A stretch of DNA of 64,000 nt, from assembly GCA_038897215.1 (NCBI GenBank), contig JAWAWX010000001.1, positions 1,024,001 through 1,088,000 on the forward strand, read 5' to 3'. Positions within the stretch are counted from its first letter, which is position 1. Each line of letters starts with the position of its first letter. Below the pieces are notes generated by a model. That model did not search any database and was not told the DNA's origin. It saw only the letters and a list, made by a program, of their open reading frames with translations. This DNA comes from Acidilobaceae archaeon. GTDB lineage: Archaea; Thermoproteota; Thermoprotei_A; Sulfolobales; Acidilobaceae. This document shows positions 1 through 9,766 of the stretch, piece after piece. Made by a program: the position numbers and the translations under genes.

Positions 1-198
1 GTAGCTGTTAGAGTGAGAGCTAAGGCTGAGACAGGGGTAGAGATGGAGGCTCTAGCTGGGGTCACGGCTGCTCTCCTAGCCGTCTGGGATATGGTCAAAA
101 AGTATGAGAAAGACGAGGCTGGCCAGTACCCGACGACTAGGATCGAGGGGGTTAGAGTAGAGTCTAAGACTAAGCTAGTCCTTGAGGAAAAAGTCTAG
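1..198 (+). CDS. moaC: cyclic pyranopterin monophosphate synthase MoaC, C-terminal part (5' truncated by window edge)
   Basis: TGVEMEAL...WDMVK signature; the frame is open from position 1. Confidence 0.9.
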   Translation, partial: VAVRVRAKAETGVEMEALAGVTAALLAVWDMVKKYEKDEAGQYPTTRIEGVRVESKTKLVLEEKV

Positions 199-1605
199 AC
201 CCTTGAACTTAGCCTCTCTCCTCTCTCTATCCTCAACGGCTCTCCTCCCCTCCTCGCTAGGCTTTGGCTGAACTCTCTGAGGCTTCTGCTTCTCCGGAGG
301 CGGGGCTTCACGCATTCTCTTAAGCTTCTCCACAGCTCTCACAACGTTCTCAGCATTAGGACCCGCTAGAAACTTGACCATCTCCTTGTCGAGACCGTAG
401 CCGATAGCCAGCCTTGCTGCTGTAAGCGTAGACTCGGGGCTCCTGAATATAGCGAAGAGGAAGGGGAGTATCTCAGCCTTTATGAGGCTTCTAGAGGCTA
501 GAATCCTGTGCGATAGATGGTCCGCGATTCTCTCTCTAGCCTCTCTAGCGCTCTTCAGCTGCGCCGCGAGCTTTATCTTATCGGGATAGCTGTATCTAGA
601 TGGAGAGAGCTTAGAGGACGGAGACTTGGCTAGAGCCACGCCCGGCCCCATCATGTCGAAGACGTAGGATAGCAGACTCCACTCTCCCAGAGTCTTGGCT
701 CTAGACAAGTACACTGAGGCTCTGCTGAGTGCTTCGAGAGCCCTGTAGAGGTCCGAGGGGTCAGCGTACTTCTTGTGTATGTTGTCTGAGAGCCAGAGTA
801 GGAGAGTCTCGTAGTCTAGCTCGCTCTGAGTTACAGCACTCTTCGCTTTCCAGCACTTGTCAGCGTATATTATCGAGTTGAGAGTCCTCCAGACGTCTAT
901 ACTCTTCTCTCTACCCTTGACGAGCATTCTGGCAAGGTCTAGAGTAACTCTGCCATAGCCTTCTGCTAGAGCCTGGAGATCGTTTATCGCTGCTCTAGCG
1001 TCTCCCTCGCTCTTCTCGGCTATGAATCTGAGAGCTTCTCTATCACACTGAATCCTCTCCATATCGCAGATCTTCTGGAGAAGCGAGACTAGCATTGGTG
1101 GAGTGAGGTTCTTGAACTCCACCATCAAGACTAGATTCTCGTCTCTCAGAGGTCTCAGACTCTCTTTCCACGGGTCGTTCGCCGTCATGACTATAGGATT
1201 CTGGGTCTTCTTGATGAATTCTATTAGAGTCTCGAGGCCACCCTCGTCTGCTTTAGGGTCCATCCCGTCTACTTCATCCATCAGTATTATTAAGCCTCTC
1301 TTCATGAGAGGCCTCTTGCTAATAGCTACTCCTACTGTTCTCTCTATGTCCGCCTTCCTCCTATAGTCGCTAGCATTTAGTTCTAGAATCTCGAGGTCGT
1401 GCTCGCGAGCTATGGCTTCCACGAGGCTAGTCTTCCCGACACCCGGAGGCCCGTAGAGTAGCGCTGCCTTCTGTCTAGGGGGCTTTCCGGAAAGCCATTC
1501 TCTAATCCACTCTACGAGAGCCTTCTTTGCTTCTTCCTGGTCTACTACATCGTCTACTCTTCTAGGCCTGTACTTGATGACCCAGGGTAGAGCTCTCTCC
1601 TGCAT
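175..1605 (-). CDS. rfcL: replication factor C large subunit
   Basis: PWVIKYRP, Walker [31 protein letters not shown]; C-terminal PIP-like GLDFF. Confidence 0.95.
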   Translation of the reverse strand: MQERALPWVIKYRPRRVDDVVDQEEAKKALVEWIREWLSGKPPRQKAALLYGPPGVGKTSLVEAIAREHDLEILELNASDYRRKADIERTVGVAISKRPLMKRGLIILMDEVDGMDPKADEGGLETLIEFIKKTQNPIVMTANDPWKESLRPLRDENLVLMVEFKNLTPPMLVSLLQKICDMERIQCDREALRFIAEKSEGDARAAINDLQALAEGYGRVTLDLARMLVKGREKSIDVWRTLNSIIYADKCWKAKSAVTQSELDYETLLLWLSDNIHKKYADPSDLYRALEALSRASVYLSRAKTLGEWSLLSYVFDMMGPGVALAKSPSSKLSPSRYSYPDKIKLAAQLKSAREARERIADHLSHRILASRSLIKAEILPFLFAIFRSPESTLTAARLAIGYGLDKEMVKFLAGPNAENVVRAVEKLKRMREAPPPEKQKPQRVQPKPSEEGRRAVEDRERREAKFKGLDFFLKD

Positions 1606-1606
1606 T

Positions 1607-2581
1607 TCAGCCTAGTCTCCTCCCTAGCAGAGAGAGCCACGCTAGTAGAGCTGAGAGCTGGATATCGTCGTCTGCTCCCTCGACTAGCCTGAAGTGTATT
1701 TCTCCCAGGTAGTCTGCTATGAGTACTCTGACCTCTTCTGGGATGTTGAGGTCGGGGCCGAAGATCTCTCTGTGGATCTGCCTTACTATATCCTCCCCGC
1801 TCAGACCGTACTCTAGCATAAGCTTTCTCAGCATGTTGCGAGCTGTCAGGAAGTCTCCTCCGAGAGCAGTCTTGATCATCTCTCTAACCTCCTTAGGCTT
1901 AGCCATACCCACGACTTTGAAGACAGAGTCGACAGTGACCCTGCCTAGAGCTGAAGCGGCTTGAAGGATGTTTATCGCTTTCCTCATGTCTCCCTCACTT
2001 ATCTCATATATGACGTCAAGAGCTTCATCGTCGTAGCTGACACCCTCTCTCTCAGCTATGTACTTAAGCCTGCTCACCACGTCCTCTTTCTTGAGCGACG
2101 TGAATCTAAAGAACGCGCACCTGCTCTGAATAGGGTCTATGATCTTAGAGGGGTAATTCGCTATCAGTATGAATCTCGTCACGCCAGAGTATAGCTCCAT
2201 GAGTCTTCTGAGAGCTTGCTGAGCATCGCCAGTCATGTTGTCTGCCTCGTCTAAGAGCACGATCTTAAAGGGAACCCCCTCGGGAGCACGGCTTCTAGCG
2301 AACTCCTTAACCTTCTCTCTTATCACGTTAATGCCTCTCTCATCGCTAGCGTTGAGTTCCAGCATGTACTGCCTGTAGTTCTCCCCGTAGAGGTCGTGTG
2401 CTAGAGCGTGAGCAGCCGTAGTCTTCCCCGTGCCCGGCGGTCCGGCGAAAAGCAAATGGGGCATGTTTCTCTCTTTTACGAATAGCTTGAGCCTAGCTAC
2501 TACCTCCGTCTGGTTGACTATATCGTCTAGAGTTCTCGGTCTATACTTCTCGACCCAGAGGATCTCGGCTATCGAGCTCAC
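1607..2581 (-). CDS. rfcS: replication factor C small subunit
   Basis: WVEKYRP, GPPGTGKTT, ELNASDERG, DEAD, SRC motif; no intein. Confidence 0.97.
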   Translation of the reverse strand: MSSIAEILWVEKYRPRTLDDIVNQTEVVARLKLFVKERNMPHLLFAGPPGTGKTTAAHALAHDLYGENYRQYMLELNASDERGINVIREKVKEFARSRAPEGVPFKIVLLDEADNMTGDAQQALRRLMELYSGVTRFILIANYPSKIIDPIQSRCAFFRFTSLKKEDVVSRLKYIAEREGVSYDDEALDVIYEISEGDMRKAINILQAASALGRVTVDSVFKVVGMAKPKEVREMIKTALGGDFLTARNMLRKLMLEYGLSGEDIVRQIHREIFGPDLNIPEEVRVLIADYLGEIHFRLVEGADDDIQLSALLAWLSLLGRRLG

Positions 2582-2658
2582 TGAGGCACACCCACTCCAC
2601 TCTTATCGCGAGCAGAGAGACTTTAAAAGAGGCACGAGGCTAGTCTCTTTTCTGCTCT

Positions 2659-3720
2659 CTACCAGAAGGCTCTGTAGTCTTCGAGAGTTCCAGCTAGAGC
2701 CATGCGGGCCTCTCCCGGAGTCAGAACTGGCTTGTGATACTCCCACAAGTCGTCTATAGGTAGTCTGGGGCAGCTCGTCACAACAAATGCCTCTATCCAG
2801 GAGCTATCGATATCCGCTATCCTCTCTAACGTGAGAACACTAGTAGCTACCAGCACGTACTCTCTACCACTATCCTCTAGGAGCTTCTTGAGAGACTCTA
2901 CGAGCCAGTCTCTATACTGACATGTCTTCAAGCCGACTACTATAGCCCACCTCTTCGCCGCGATAGCCTGCTGGACTTTGAATAAGCGGATTCTCAGATA
3001 CTTGACTCCTAATGGAGTGACGTCCATGACTCTATCCTCGTGGGGGTCGATCTTGACCACGGGCTTCCGTGCAACGAGATAGAGCCCCAGAGGGTGGAAT
3101 AGCCCCCCGCCTAGGTACAGGTATGCATCTACATCGATAGACGTCGCTACCCTATACTCGCAACCTATGACCTGACCGTCTAGAAGATATGGAGGCAAGC
3201 CTTTCGGAATACTGGGCTCAAGCCCCCTCCTTTCTATCTGAAGAGCTAGCTTCGAGAGCCTACTAACGTGCTGTAGGGGGGCAACCAAGCCTACTCTCTT
3301 AGCATTATAGGACCTCAAGATCTCCAACGCTTCCTCGACCGCTCTCTCTGAAAAGTCGACTCTACTGTATGCGGGAACGTAGACGACGCTAGCTTTCTCA
3401 ACTCTACCTCTCGTAGATAGCGAGCAAAGCCATGGGGGGTAGGGTGTGTGCCCAACATGCACTATCAGGTCAGGCTTGATAGTGTTCTCTAGAACGTCTA
3501 AGTCTAGATCGCACGCTCCATACGAGCCCTCGCCCGACACGTAGACCTCGATTGCTCCCCCAAGTCTTCTCTTAATACATAGCGATAGCATGGGTGAGTA
3601 CTGCTTGATGCCATCAGGCAGCTGAATAACCACTCTTCTAGCACTACGTTCTTCGATAACCTTAACCACAGCATCTAGGTCGATCTCGTAGGGTATACTC
3701 TCTAGCTCTCTACACTCCAC
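2659..3720 (-). CDS. dph2: diphthamide biosynthesis enzyme Dph2
   Basis: QLPDG, YGACD, HVGH, GQVIGC, GGGLFH, SCPRL. Confidence 0.93.
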   Translation of the reverse strand: MECRELESIPYEIDLDAVVKVIEERSARRVVIQLPDGIKQYSPMLSLCIKRRLGGAIEVYVSGEGSYGACDLDLDVLENTIKPDLIVHVGHTPYPPWLCSLSTRGRVEKASVVYVPAYSRVDFSERAVEEALEILRSYNAKRVGLVAPLQHVSRLSKLALQIERRGLEPSIPKGLPPYLLDGQVIGCEYRVATSIDVDAYLYLGGGLFHPLGLYLVARKPVVKIDPHEDRVMDVTPLGVKYLRIRLFKVQQAIAAKRWAIVVGLKTCQYRDWLVESLKKLLEDSGREYVLVATSVLTLERIADIDSSWIEAFVVTSCPRLPIDDLWEYHKPVLTPGEARMALAGTLEDYRAFW

Positions 3721-3805
3721 CTAGAGCTCTACCCCCGTTCCATCTAGGTCTTGAGGCGAATACCTTATAGGCTCAATAGAGCGAGCCTAGGCTGGAGGGT
3801 GAGCC

Positions 3806-4549
3806 TTGTTCAGACTCCACTTCAAAGACGCTAGAACCTGGAGATACATAGTCTCGAGTATCGAGAAGATACTAGATGAGGGAGTATTCGTAGCTAGCAG
3901 AGAGGGGTTAAGGCTAAGAGCACTAGACCCGAGCCACATCGTCATGGTCGACTTATTCTACCCGGCTTCTGCTTTCATAGACTACCAGCTAGATAGAGAC
4001 GAGGTAGAGATAGGAGTCTCGTTCGATACCCTCACTAAAGTCTTGAGGAGAGGCGGTAAGGACGACGAGCTGGTGATAGAGCTAGAAGGGAGCAACCTGG
4101 CTGTTAGCTTCCTAGGCAAAGGAGTCCGGAAATTCACGATACCAACCATAACTCTACTCTACGAGAAGCTCCCAGAACCTAAGGTCAGCTTTACAGTCAA
4201 GGCTAAGATGTTGAGTAGCATATTCAGAGACACTATTAAATCGCTAGCAGAGTTTGGAGAAAGCCTGACCTTCAGAGCTAGAGAAGACGCGCTACTAGTA
4301 GTAGGTAGTAGTGACGTGATGAAGGGCGAGATAGAGCTATCTCTAGACAGGCAGTCGCTGATAGAGTATGAGGCAGAGAGTCTCGATGAAGCCAGCTACA
4401 CTCTAGAATACTTCACGTACATGGCTACAGCTTCTCAAGCAGCAGACCTAGTGGGGATCAGGTATGCTAGCGAAGCTCCAGTGAGAGTAGACCTAGAGTA
4501 CATGGGTGGAGGCAGGCTGACATTCTATGTCTCACCGAGAGTCGCGTAG
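3806..4549 (+). CDS. pcn: DNA sliding clamp PCNA
   Basis: LRALDPSHIVMVDL N-terminus, LTFYVSPR C-terminus, 247 aa. Confidence 0.95.
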   Translation: MFRLHFKDARTWRYIVSSIEKILDEGVFVASREGLRLRALDPSHIVMVDLFYPASAFIDYQLDRDEVEIGVSFDTLTKVLRRGGKDDELVIELEGSNLAVSFLGKGVRKFTIPTITLLYEKLPEPKVSFTVKAKMLSSIFRDTIKSLAEFGESLTFRAREDALLVVGSSDVMKGEIELSLDRQSLIEYEAESLDEASYTLEYFTYMATASQAADLVGIRYASEAPVRVDLEYMGGGRLTFYVSPRVA

Positions 4550-5603
4550 AGAGACTGTAGTCGAGTTGAAGAAGAGTAGTGGTGTTGATGCTCTAAAAGC
4601 TCTCTACAAGGCCTACTATGCTCGAAAACCTAGAGTCAAAGCTCCCACTCATATCGAGATGAGAGAGTTCGCTTTCCAGCTCTTCGAGAGAGAACCCTAT
4701 GTGAGACACCTCTCCTTCAAGTCTGAGAGAGAGCTCTCCGAGTATCTGGCTGAGAAAGCCCCGAGACACGCATACTACTCTGTTGCTCTCTACAGCTTCC
4801 CCGACGCTAAGTCTATGGAGGAGAAGGGGTGGAGAGGCTCGGAGCTTCTCTTCGACGTAGACTCAGACATGGTCCCCGACTGCGTTGCAGCCAGAGTAGG
4901 CGACGACTTGCTCGTTGACGACTCCTGCTTAGCTAAAGGCTTCAGGATAGCCTACAGGATATCCGTGATGCTACGCAGAGATCTAGGCATGGATTCCACC
5001 ATATACTTTACTGGAAACAGAGGCTTCCACGTTGTGGCTTTCTGCGAGTACTGTCTAGAGCTTAGTAGAGAAGAGAGGGAGGAGATAGCTTCATACATAG
5101 CTGGAGAGAATATCAGCCTGTCTAGGGTAGTCTTGATGGCAAGACGGGCTAGAAGGTCGAGCAAAGAGAGTATCGTGCTCTCACCCAACGACCCTGGTTG
5201 GAGAGGCTGGATTGGGTTAGAGCTTAGAGAAAGAGGTTTACCAGAGGAGGTCAGAGACCCCTCTCTACTAGAGTCTCTCATAGCTGAGCTCAAGATACCG
5301 ATAGATAAGCAGGTCACAGTAGACCCCACGAGGCTATCGAGGATTCGAGGTAGCTTGAACGGTAAAGCCTCTCTAATAGTCTCAGATATTCTAGACGAAT
5401 CCTTCACGCCTAGCTTCCAACTTTCACCCTTCAGGGGAGAGGTTTCCGTGAAGGCGAGAGTAGAGGTGCCCTCTATGAGGGTTCTCGGTAGAGAAGTTTC
5501 TCTGAGACCGGGAGAAGAGGCTGACCTCGAGGCCCCAATAGCTGTCCTCCTAGCAAGCAAGAATGCCGTCGAGATAGTGGGGGGAGAGGTAGTAGTTGAC
5601 TGA
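4527..5603 (+). CDS. priS: DNA primase catalytic subunit PriS
   Basis: REFAF, YYSVA, LFDVD, FTGNRGFH, IDKQVT..RLSR..SLNGK; lies after PCNA. Confidence 0.93.
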   Translation: MSHRESRRETVVELKKSSGVDALKALYKAYYARKPRVKAPTHIEMREFAFQLFEREPYVRHLSFKSERELSEYLAEKAPRHAYYSVALYSFPDAKSMEEKGWRGSELLFDVDSDMVPDCVAARVGDDLLVDDSCLAKGFRIAYRISVMLRRDLGMDSTIYFTGNRGFHVVAFCEYCLELSREEREEIASYIAGENISLSRVVLMARRARRSSKESIVLSPNDPGWRGWIGLELRERGLPEEVRDPSLLESLIAELKIPIDKQVTVDPTRLSRIRGSLNGKASLIVSDILDESFTPSFQLSPFRGEVSVKARVEVPSMRVLGREVSLRPGEEADLEAPIAVLLASKNAVEIVGGEVVVD

Positions 5604-6090
5604 GAGGGTTCCTGCTGGAGGACCCTATAGGGCTCTCTCCGGAATGCACGAGCCTCTCGTGCTCGAGAGTGTTAGAGAAGCGAGGAGGCTAGTCTCCATC
5701 TACTGCCAGCAACCAGAAGTATTCTGCGAGCAGTTCGTTAGCATTGTCTCGAGAGCAGCTGAGAAGATAGCTAGAGTGAGGGTAGAGGACTTGCTCGAAG
5801 CCAGAGACTATAAGGGTCTCGACCTCTCCTTCTTCGCTACTCTCAAGAAGCTTCTAGAGGTATACGCTAAATACATATCGGGGCTTCTAGTCACGTGGAA
5901 CGAGTACGTGATAGTGCAGTTTCTCGCAAGCACGGAGATAGGAGGCAGGGTTTACGAGAGAGGAGAGATAACGATCCTGCCGCTACACGAGGCGTCTCTA
6001 CTGAATGTGATTGGGTTAATAAAAGTCTTTGAGACATCAGCTCTACTTGAGTTAAAGAAGTCTACGGAGAAGACTAGAGCAACAGGATGA
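5596..6090 (+). CDS. gins15: GINS15 (Gins51-type) subunit
   Basis: Helical A domain then B domain (VIVQFL..YERGEITILPLHEA..L..G); conserved pcn-priS-gins order. Confidence 0.7.
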   Translation: MTERVPAGGPYRALSGMHEPLVLESVREARRLVSIYCQQPEVFCEQFVSIVSRAAEKIARVRVEDLLEARDYKGLDLSFFATLKKLLEVYAKYISGLLVTWNEYVIVQFLASTEIGGRVYERGEITILPLHEASLLNVIGLIKVFETSALLELKKSTEKTRATG

Positions 6091-6379
6091 TCAGTAGAGC
6101 TACGAGGAAGCCGTAGATCGCTATACCCTCCCCTAGAGCCACAATAATCAGCAACATACCGGCGGCTTCTCTCCTCTCCGCCATAGCGCTAGCAGCTGCA
6201 GAGCCAGCCATAGCGATAGCTATGCCTCCAGCGATTCCAGCTATCCCTACAGCAGCAGCTGCCGCGGCTGCCTTATAGAGGACTATGCGAGCCTGGTCTT
6301 CCTGAGCTAGTACAGGCAAAGCTGAGACTACTAGCAACGCTAGAGCTAGTACCGGTAAGAGGTTTTTGAGCGCAGACAC
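6074..6379 (-). CDS. atpK: A/V-type ATP synthase proteolipid subunit K (c) with N-terminal signal peptide
   Basis: Hydrophobic hairpin with ALGEGIAIYG carboxylate motif. Confidence 0.88.
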   Translation of the reverse strand: MSALKNLLPVLALALLVVSALPVLAQEDQARIVLYKAAAAAAAVGIAGIAGGIAIAMAGSAAASAMAERREAAGMLLIIVALGEGIAIYGFLVALLIILLL

Positions 6380-6634
6380 TCACAACACACCTCTCGCAGG
6401 CTAAAAACACGACAATCCTTTTAAACTCTACGTAGACTCGTGAAATCGAGAACGCTGCTACTGGAGAGGTTCAAAAACACTCCTCTAGCGCGAGCCCTCC
6501 GTGTCTAGGTCTCGCTAATGTGTTTCTAGTCAACGCTCTTGCAGCCAGCTCTAGCTACCTATGGGTTGAGTGAGGCTAGCGTATTGAAGTTTAAAAGCCT
6601 GGAGTGCGTGATTCAAGGCTCCGGGAGAGTTTGA

Positions 6635-6922
6635 TTGAAATTCCCGAAGAAGATTAAAACGTATTGCCCCAGGTGTAGAACACACACTGAGCACAGCGTC
6701 TCAGTCTACAAGCATGGAAAGAGGAGAACCATGTCAGAGGGTCAGAGGAGATACTTGAGGAAGCTTGAGGGCTATGGGGGTAAAAGGAAGCCTGAGCAGA
6801 AGGATTTCGCTAAGGTGACTAAGAAAATCGTCTTGAGGATAGCTTGCGGACAGTGTGGCTACAAGAGACACATACTGAATATAAGGCTCAAGAAGGTAGA
6901 ACTCGTAGAGCCGGCTAGGTGA
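6635..6922 (+). CDS. rpl44e: 50S ribosomal protein L44e
   Basis: [30 protein letters not shown]. Confidence 0.97.
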   Translation: MKFPKKIKTYCPRCRTHTEHSVSVYKHGKRRTMSEGQRRYLRKLEGYGGKRKPEQKDFAKVTKKIVLRIACGQCGYKRHILNIRLKKVELVEPAR

Positions 6923-7146
6923 CGCTCATGAGCCTGCCTCCCGTGGGGGTTAAGAAGAGAAGAATACTTGTGCCTCAGCCTAGAAGCAGGTTCCTCTTAG
7001 TTGTATGCAATCAATGCGGTAACTCGCAAGTAGTCTTTACTCACGCAACGTTCCCAGCTCGATGCCTCCTCTGTGGAGCCCAGCTTGTTGCGCCGACTGG
7101 GGGGAAGGCGCAGATCCAGGGGAAAATCGAGAGAATACTAGGCTAG
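6919..7146 (+). CDS. rps27e: 30S ribosomal protein S27e
   Basis: [27 protein letters not shown]. Confidence 0.96.
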   Translation: MTLMSLPPVGVKKRRILVPQPRSRFLLVVCNQCGNSQVVFTHATFPARCLLCGAQLVAPTGGKAQIQGKIERILG

Positions 7147-7195
7147 CCTCTATCTCAACCAGCTCTCCTCAAGACCTCGGGGTCTCGGAGAGTTT

Positions 7196-8065
7196 ATGGA
7201 GAGCGGAGAATTCGGGGTTGTGGAAGACACGCTCGTACTCGCTAGACTCGATGGAGTACTTCGAGTGCTCAAAGTGTCTGACCTAGCTACATTCAAGAAA
7301 GCTGGCTACCTCGTAGAGGTCTATGGTGTCGACGAGGGGCTAAACGATAGATTCGGCTTACTCGAAGACATACTCGAGCATAACTGTAGCGAGGTCCGAG
7401 TTCTCCACGTGAGAGGACATGGCTCTATCTCTCTATGCTCAAACCACATCGTTCCCGTAGTAGAGCCTAGAAGCTTGCTGGTAGAGAAACGCGCTAGAGA
7501 CTTGAAGCCAGGAGACTATATGCTAAGCTTTGTGAAGAGAGCTCCTAGAAGCGTAGACTACACTGAGCACACAGAGGAGAAAACCATCTGCCCTTCTAGC
7601 ATCGAGGAGCTAGCATTAACCATGTGGACTCTGAGACTCAGCGGGGTCCTCTCTAGTCTCGCATACAACAGGATATGCTTGAAAACATACTCGGAGAGGG
7701 GGAGATTTAAGCTAGAGAAGATCCCGATAGGTTTTTTCGAGAGTCTGAAGCAGCATCTGAGAGAAGTTTCCAGGAGCTCGAGGTACTGTAGGCATGTAGC
7801 TACTCATCTCGGAAGCAGGAGAAACGTGTCTAAGCACATAGCCCTACTTGCTTTAAGGGATCTTATGAGAGTAGCCTCCGGAAAGAGCATCTCCGTGAGT
7901 AGCCGGGAGGCTTTAGAGAACTTATCGAGACTAGTTACCAGCAATCTCTACGTAGTGAGAGTTTCCGATATAGAGGTGAGGAGAGAGAAGAGGAGGTCTT
8001 TCGCTATCAGCGCTGATAAGGCGGCCTACGTCTTCGTTGGGCTAGCTCCGCTACTAGTGGGCTGA
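7196..8065 (+). CDS. free-standing degenerate intein/Hint-domain protein lacking splicing residues
   Basis: Intein-like blocks in order: A (GVVEDTLVLAR), B (ISLCSNHIVPV), ARDLKPGDY, endonuclease remnant (SSIEELA..LRLSGV), F/G (VRVSDIE..FAIS..FVGLAPLLVG). Confidence 0.7.
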   Translation: MESGEFGVVEDTLVLARLDGVLRVLKVSDLATFKKAGYLVEVYGVDEGLNDRFGLLEDILEHNCSEVRVLHVRGHGSISLCSNHIVPVVEPRSLLVEKRARDLKPGDYMLSFVKRAPRSVDYTEHTEEKTICPSSIEELALTMWTLRLSGVLSSLAYNRICLKTYSERGRFKLEKIPIGFFESLKQHLREVSRSSRYCRHVATHLGSRRNVSKHIALLALRDLMRVASGKSISVSSREALENLSRLVTSNLYVVRVSDIEVRREKRRSFAISADKAAYVFVGLAPLLVG

Positions 8066-8794
8066 GATGAGCTTCTTGAATCTAAGAGCGTCCTCGAAAG
8101 AGTAGACGTTGTTGAAGAGAATGTATGCTCTACGCGGGTTTATACTCTCAAGTATGCTCTTAAGCTTGAGTAGATCGCTATCGGTATACTTGTACCTATA
8201 GTTTACCTCAGCGCCCCCTAGACCGTGAAGTCTGAAGTATACGAGCTCTCTCTGCTCCTCCAAGAATCTGTTTCTGAGAGCGTCTCCGCCGATCACTACA
8301 TCTGCGTGAGCGCTGATCGAGAGAAGCTCTCCCACGTTACTCCACCAGTCGCCTCTAGGCTCCCACACTATAGTCTTCCCTCTTCTAGGGATGCTCTTGA
8401 AGAACTCGACTACTCTAGCTTTGTTAGCTTCGGTAAAGCCGAAGGATGGAGGGGTTTGAACGACTACTATCTCGGCTCTGAGAACATCCGCGACTTCTAG
8501 AGTCTTCTCCCAAGCCCAAGAAACCTCCTCTGTTAGCTTCAACAACCCGTAGTTCTCAAGCTTCCCCGGGACTTCTCCTCTAAGTCTTGACCATAGATTC
8601 TTGTTGTATTCGTGGCTCACAAGCATCCACGCTTTCACAGTAAACTCAAAACTCTCCGGAGCTTCGCTACGCCACCTCGCGTAGTCTCCTACTCTCGGGT
8701 CGTAGAAAGTCTGCTGAACCTCTAGCACGTCGAGGCTAGAGTAGTGAGCAAAACGAGACCTCTGGAACCCGCACGTCCCAACCTTAGCCTCCAT
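8054..8794 (-). CDS. DUF72 family protein
   Basis: VGTCGF, EVQQTFY, FTVKA, QTPPSF, WEPRG, YFRLHG, FNN. Confidence 0.9.
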   Translation of the reverse strand: MEAKVGTCGFQRSRFAHYSSLDVLEVQQTFYDPRVGDYARWRSEAPESFEFTVKAWMLVSHEYNKNLWSRLRGEVPGKLENYGLLKLTEEVSWAWEKTLEVADVLRAEIVVVQTPPSFGFTEANKARVVEFFKSIPRRGKTIVWEPRGDWWSNVGELLSISAHADVVIGGDALRNRFLEEQRELVYFRLHGLGGAEVNYRYKYTDSDLLKLKSILESINPRRAYILFNNVYSFEDALRFKKLISAH

Positions 8795-8950
8795 GAGCCC
8801 CCACTACCTCCAGGTATCTCGAGCGAGGCTTTTTCGGGTCTCTAGCTCTCCCCGCGTGAGAGCAACCATGCTCGACAACTAGCACTGTTCTCGTAGTGGA
8901 AAAGAGTAGAGGAGAGAGCTGGGAGCTTTCTTCTGCCTCTATGTCTGTAG

Positions 8951-9361
8951 CTAAACCATCTTCCTTATCCTAACCTGGATAACGCTCTCTAAAGCGTTAA
9001 GATAGGTTCTCAGGTCTTCGGGAGTGACTGTAGATTTGGAGAAATCGACTACCATAGTGCACTCAGCTTCCTCTCCTCTAACTATGGTCGTGCACCTCGT
9101 TATCAGCTGGTCTGCATTGACTCTAGCTAAGACGTCCGCGACTGCCGCTAAAGCACCGGGCTTGTCTAAGAGGCGCAACTCTATCTCGTAAAGCTTCTCC
9201 GGCGGCGCCGAGAGAGGGGTTAGCTCTATCTCTCTCTTCTCTAGGTCGGCCACCATCACTATATGCATTCCAGGCTCGATTCCGAGAGCCTCTCTCACAG
9301 ACTGGGGGATCGTTAAACGACCCTTAGGGTCTACCTTGACTATCTCTGAGAGCTTCGCCAC
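8951..9361 (-). CDS. AbrB/MazE-type DNA-binding domain fused to ACT domain (regulator)
   Basis: VDPKGRLTIP..REALGI N-terminus; DKPGALAAVADVL ACT motif. Confidence 0.85.
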   Translation of the reverse strand: MAKLSEIVKVDPKGRLTIPQSVREALGIEPGMHIVMVADLEKREIELTPLSAPPEKLYEIELRLLDKPGALAAVADVLARVNADQLITRCTTIVRGEEAECTMVVDFSKSTVTPEDLRTYLNALESVIQVRIRKMV

Positions 9362-9511
9362 TCGCTCTCACCTCTGGTTGTTCTAGAAGAATTAGGCTTT
9401 AAATATATGTATTATGGTGGAGAAACAGTGGGCTCGGCTTAAAGAGTCTCGACCGCCTTAAAAACTTAATAATTCCCGATATGCTCAAAGAAGCAATGCT
9501 GGGTCTCGGAG

Positions 9512-9766
9512 TTGACGTACAAAAAGCTATATAGAGTCTACTATACCACATACTCTGACGAGCTACACGATAAAGTGAAGAAGACTCTAGCTAGCAAGCT
9601 GGGGGTTGAGATTATTGATTACCCGTCGAGAGTAAACCCCGAGTTCCGCTTCCTAGAGGTTCTCTTGAGTGAGCCTGGTAGAGGAGACGAGATAGCTGAA
9701 GTGGTGAACACGATTCTTGGCTGTAAGCAGGCTAAAGTAGACTGGATAGACACTGAGGTGGGTTAA
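9512..9766 (+). CDS. hypothetical protein, probably co-transcribed with ileS
   Basis: 84-aa ORF whose stop abuts the ileS ATG; AT-rich promoter region upstream. Confidence 0.7.
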   Translation: MTYKKLYRVYYTTYSDELHDKVKKTLASKLGVEIIDYPSRVNPEFRFLEVLLSEPGRGDEIAEVVNTILGCKQAKVDWIDTEVG

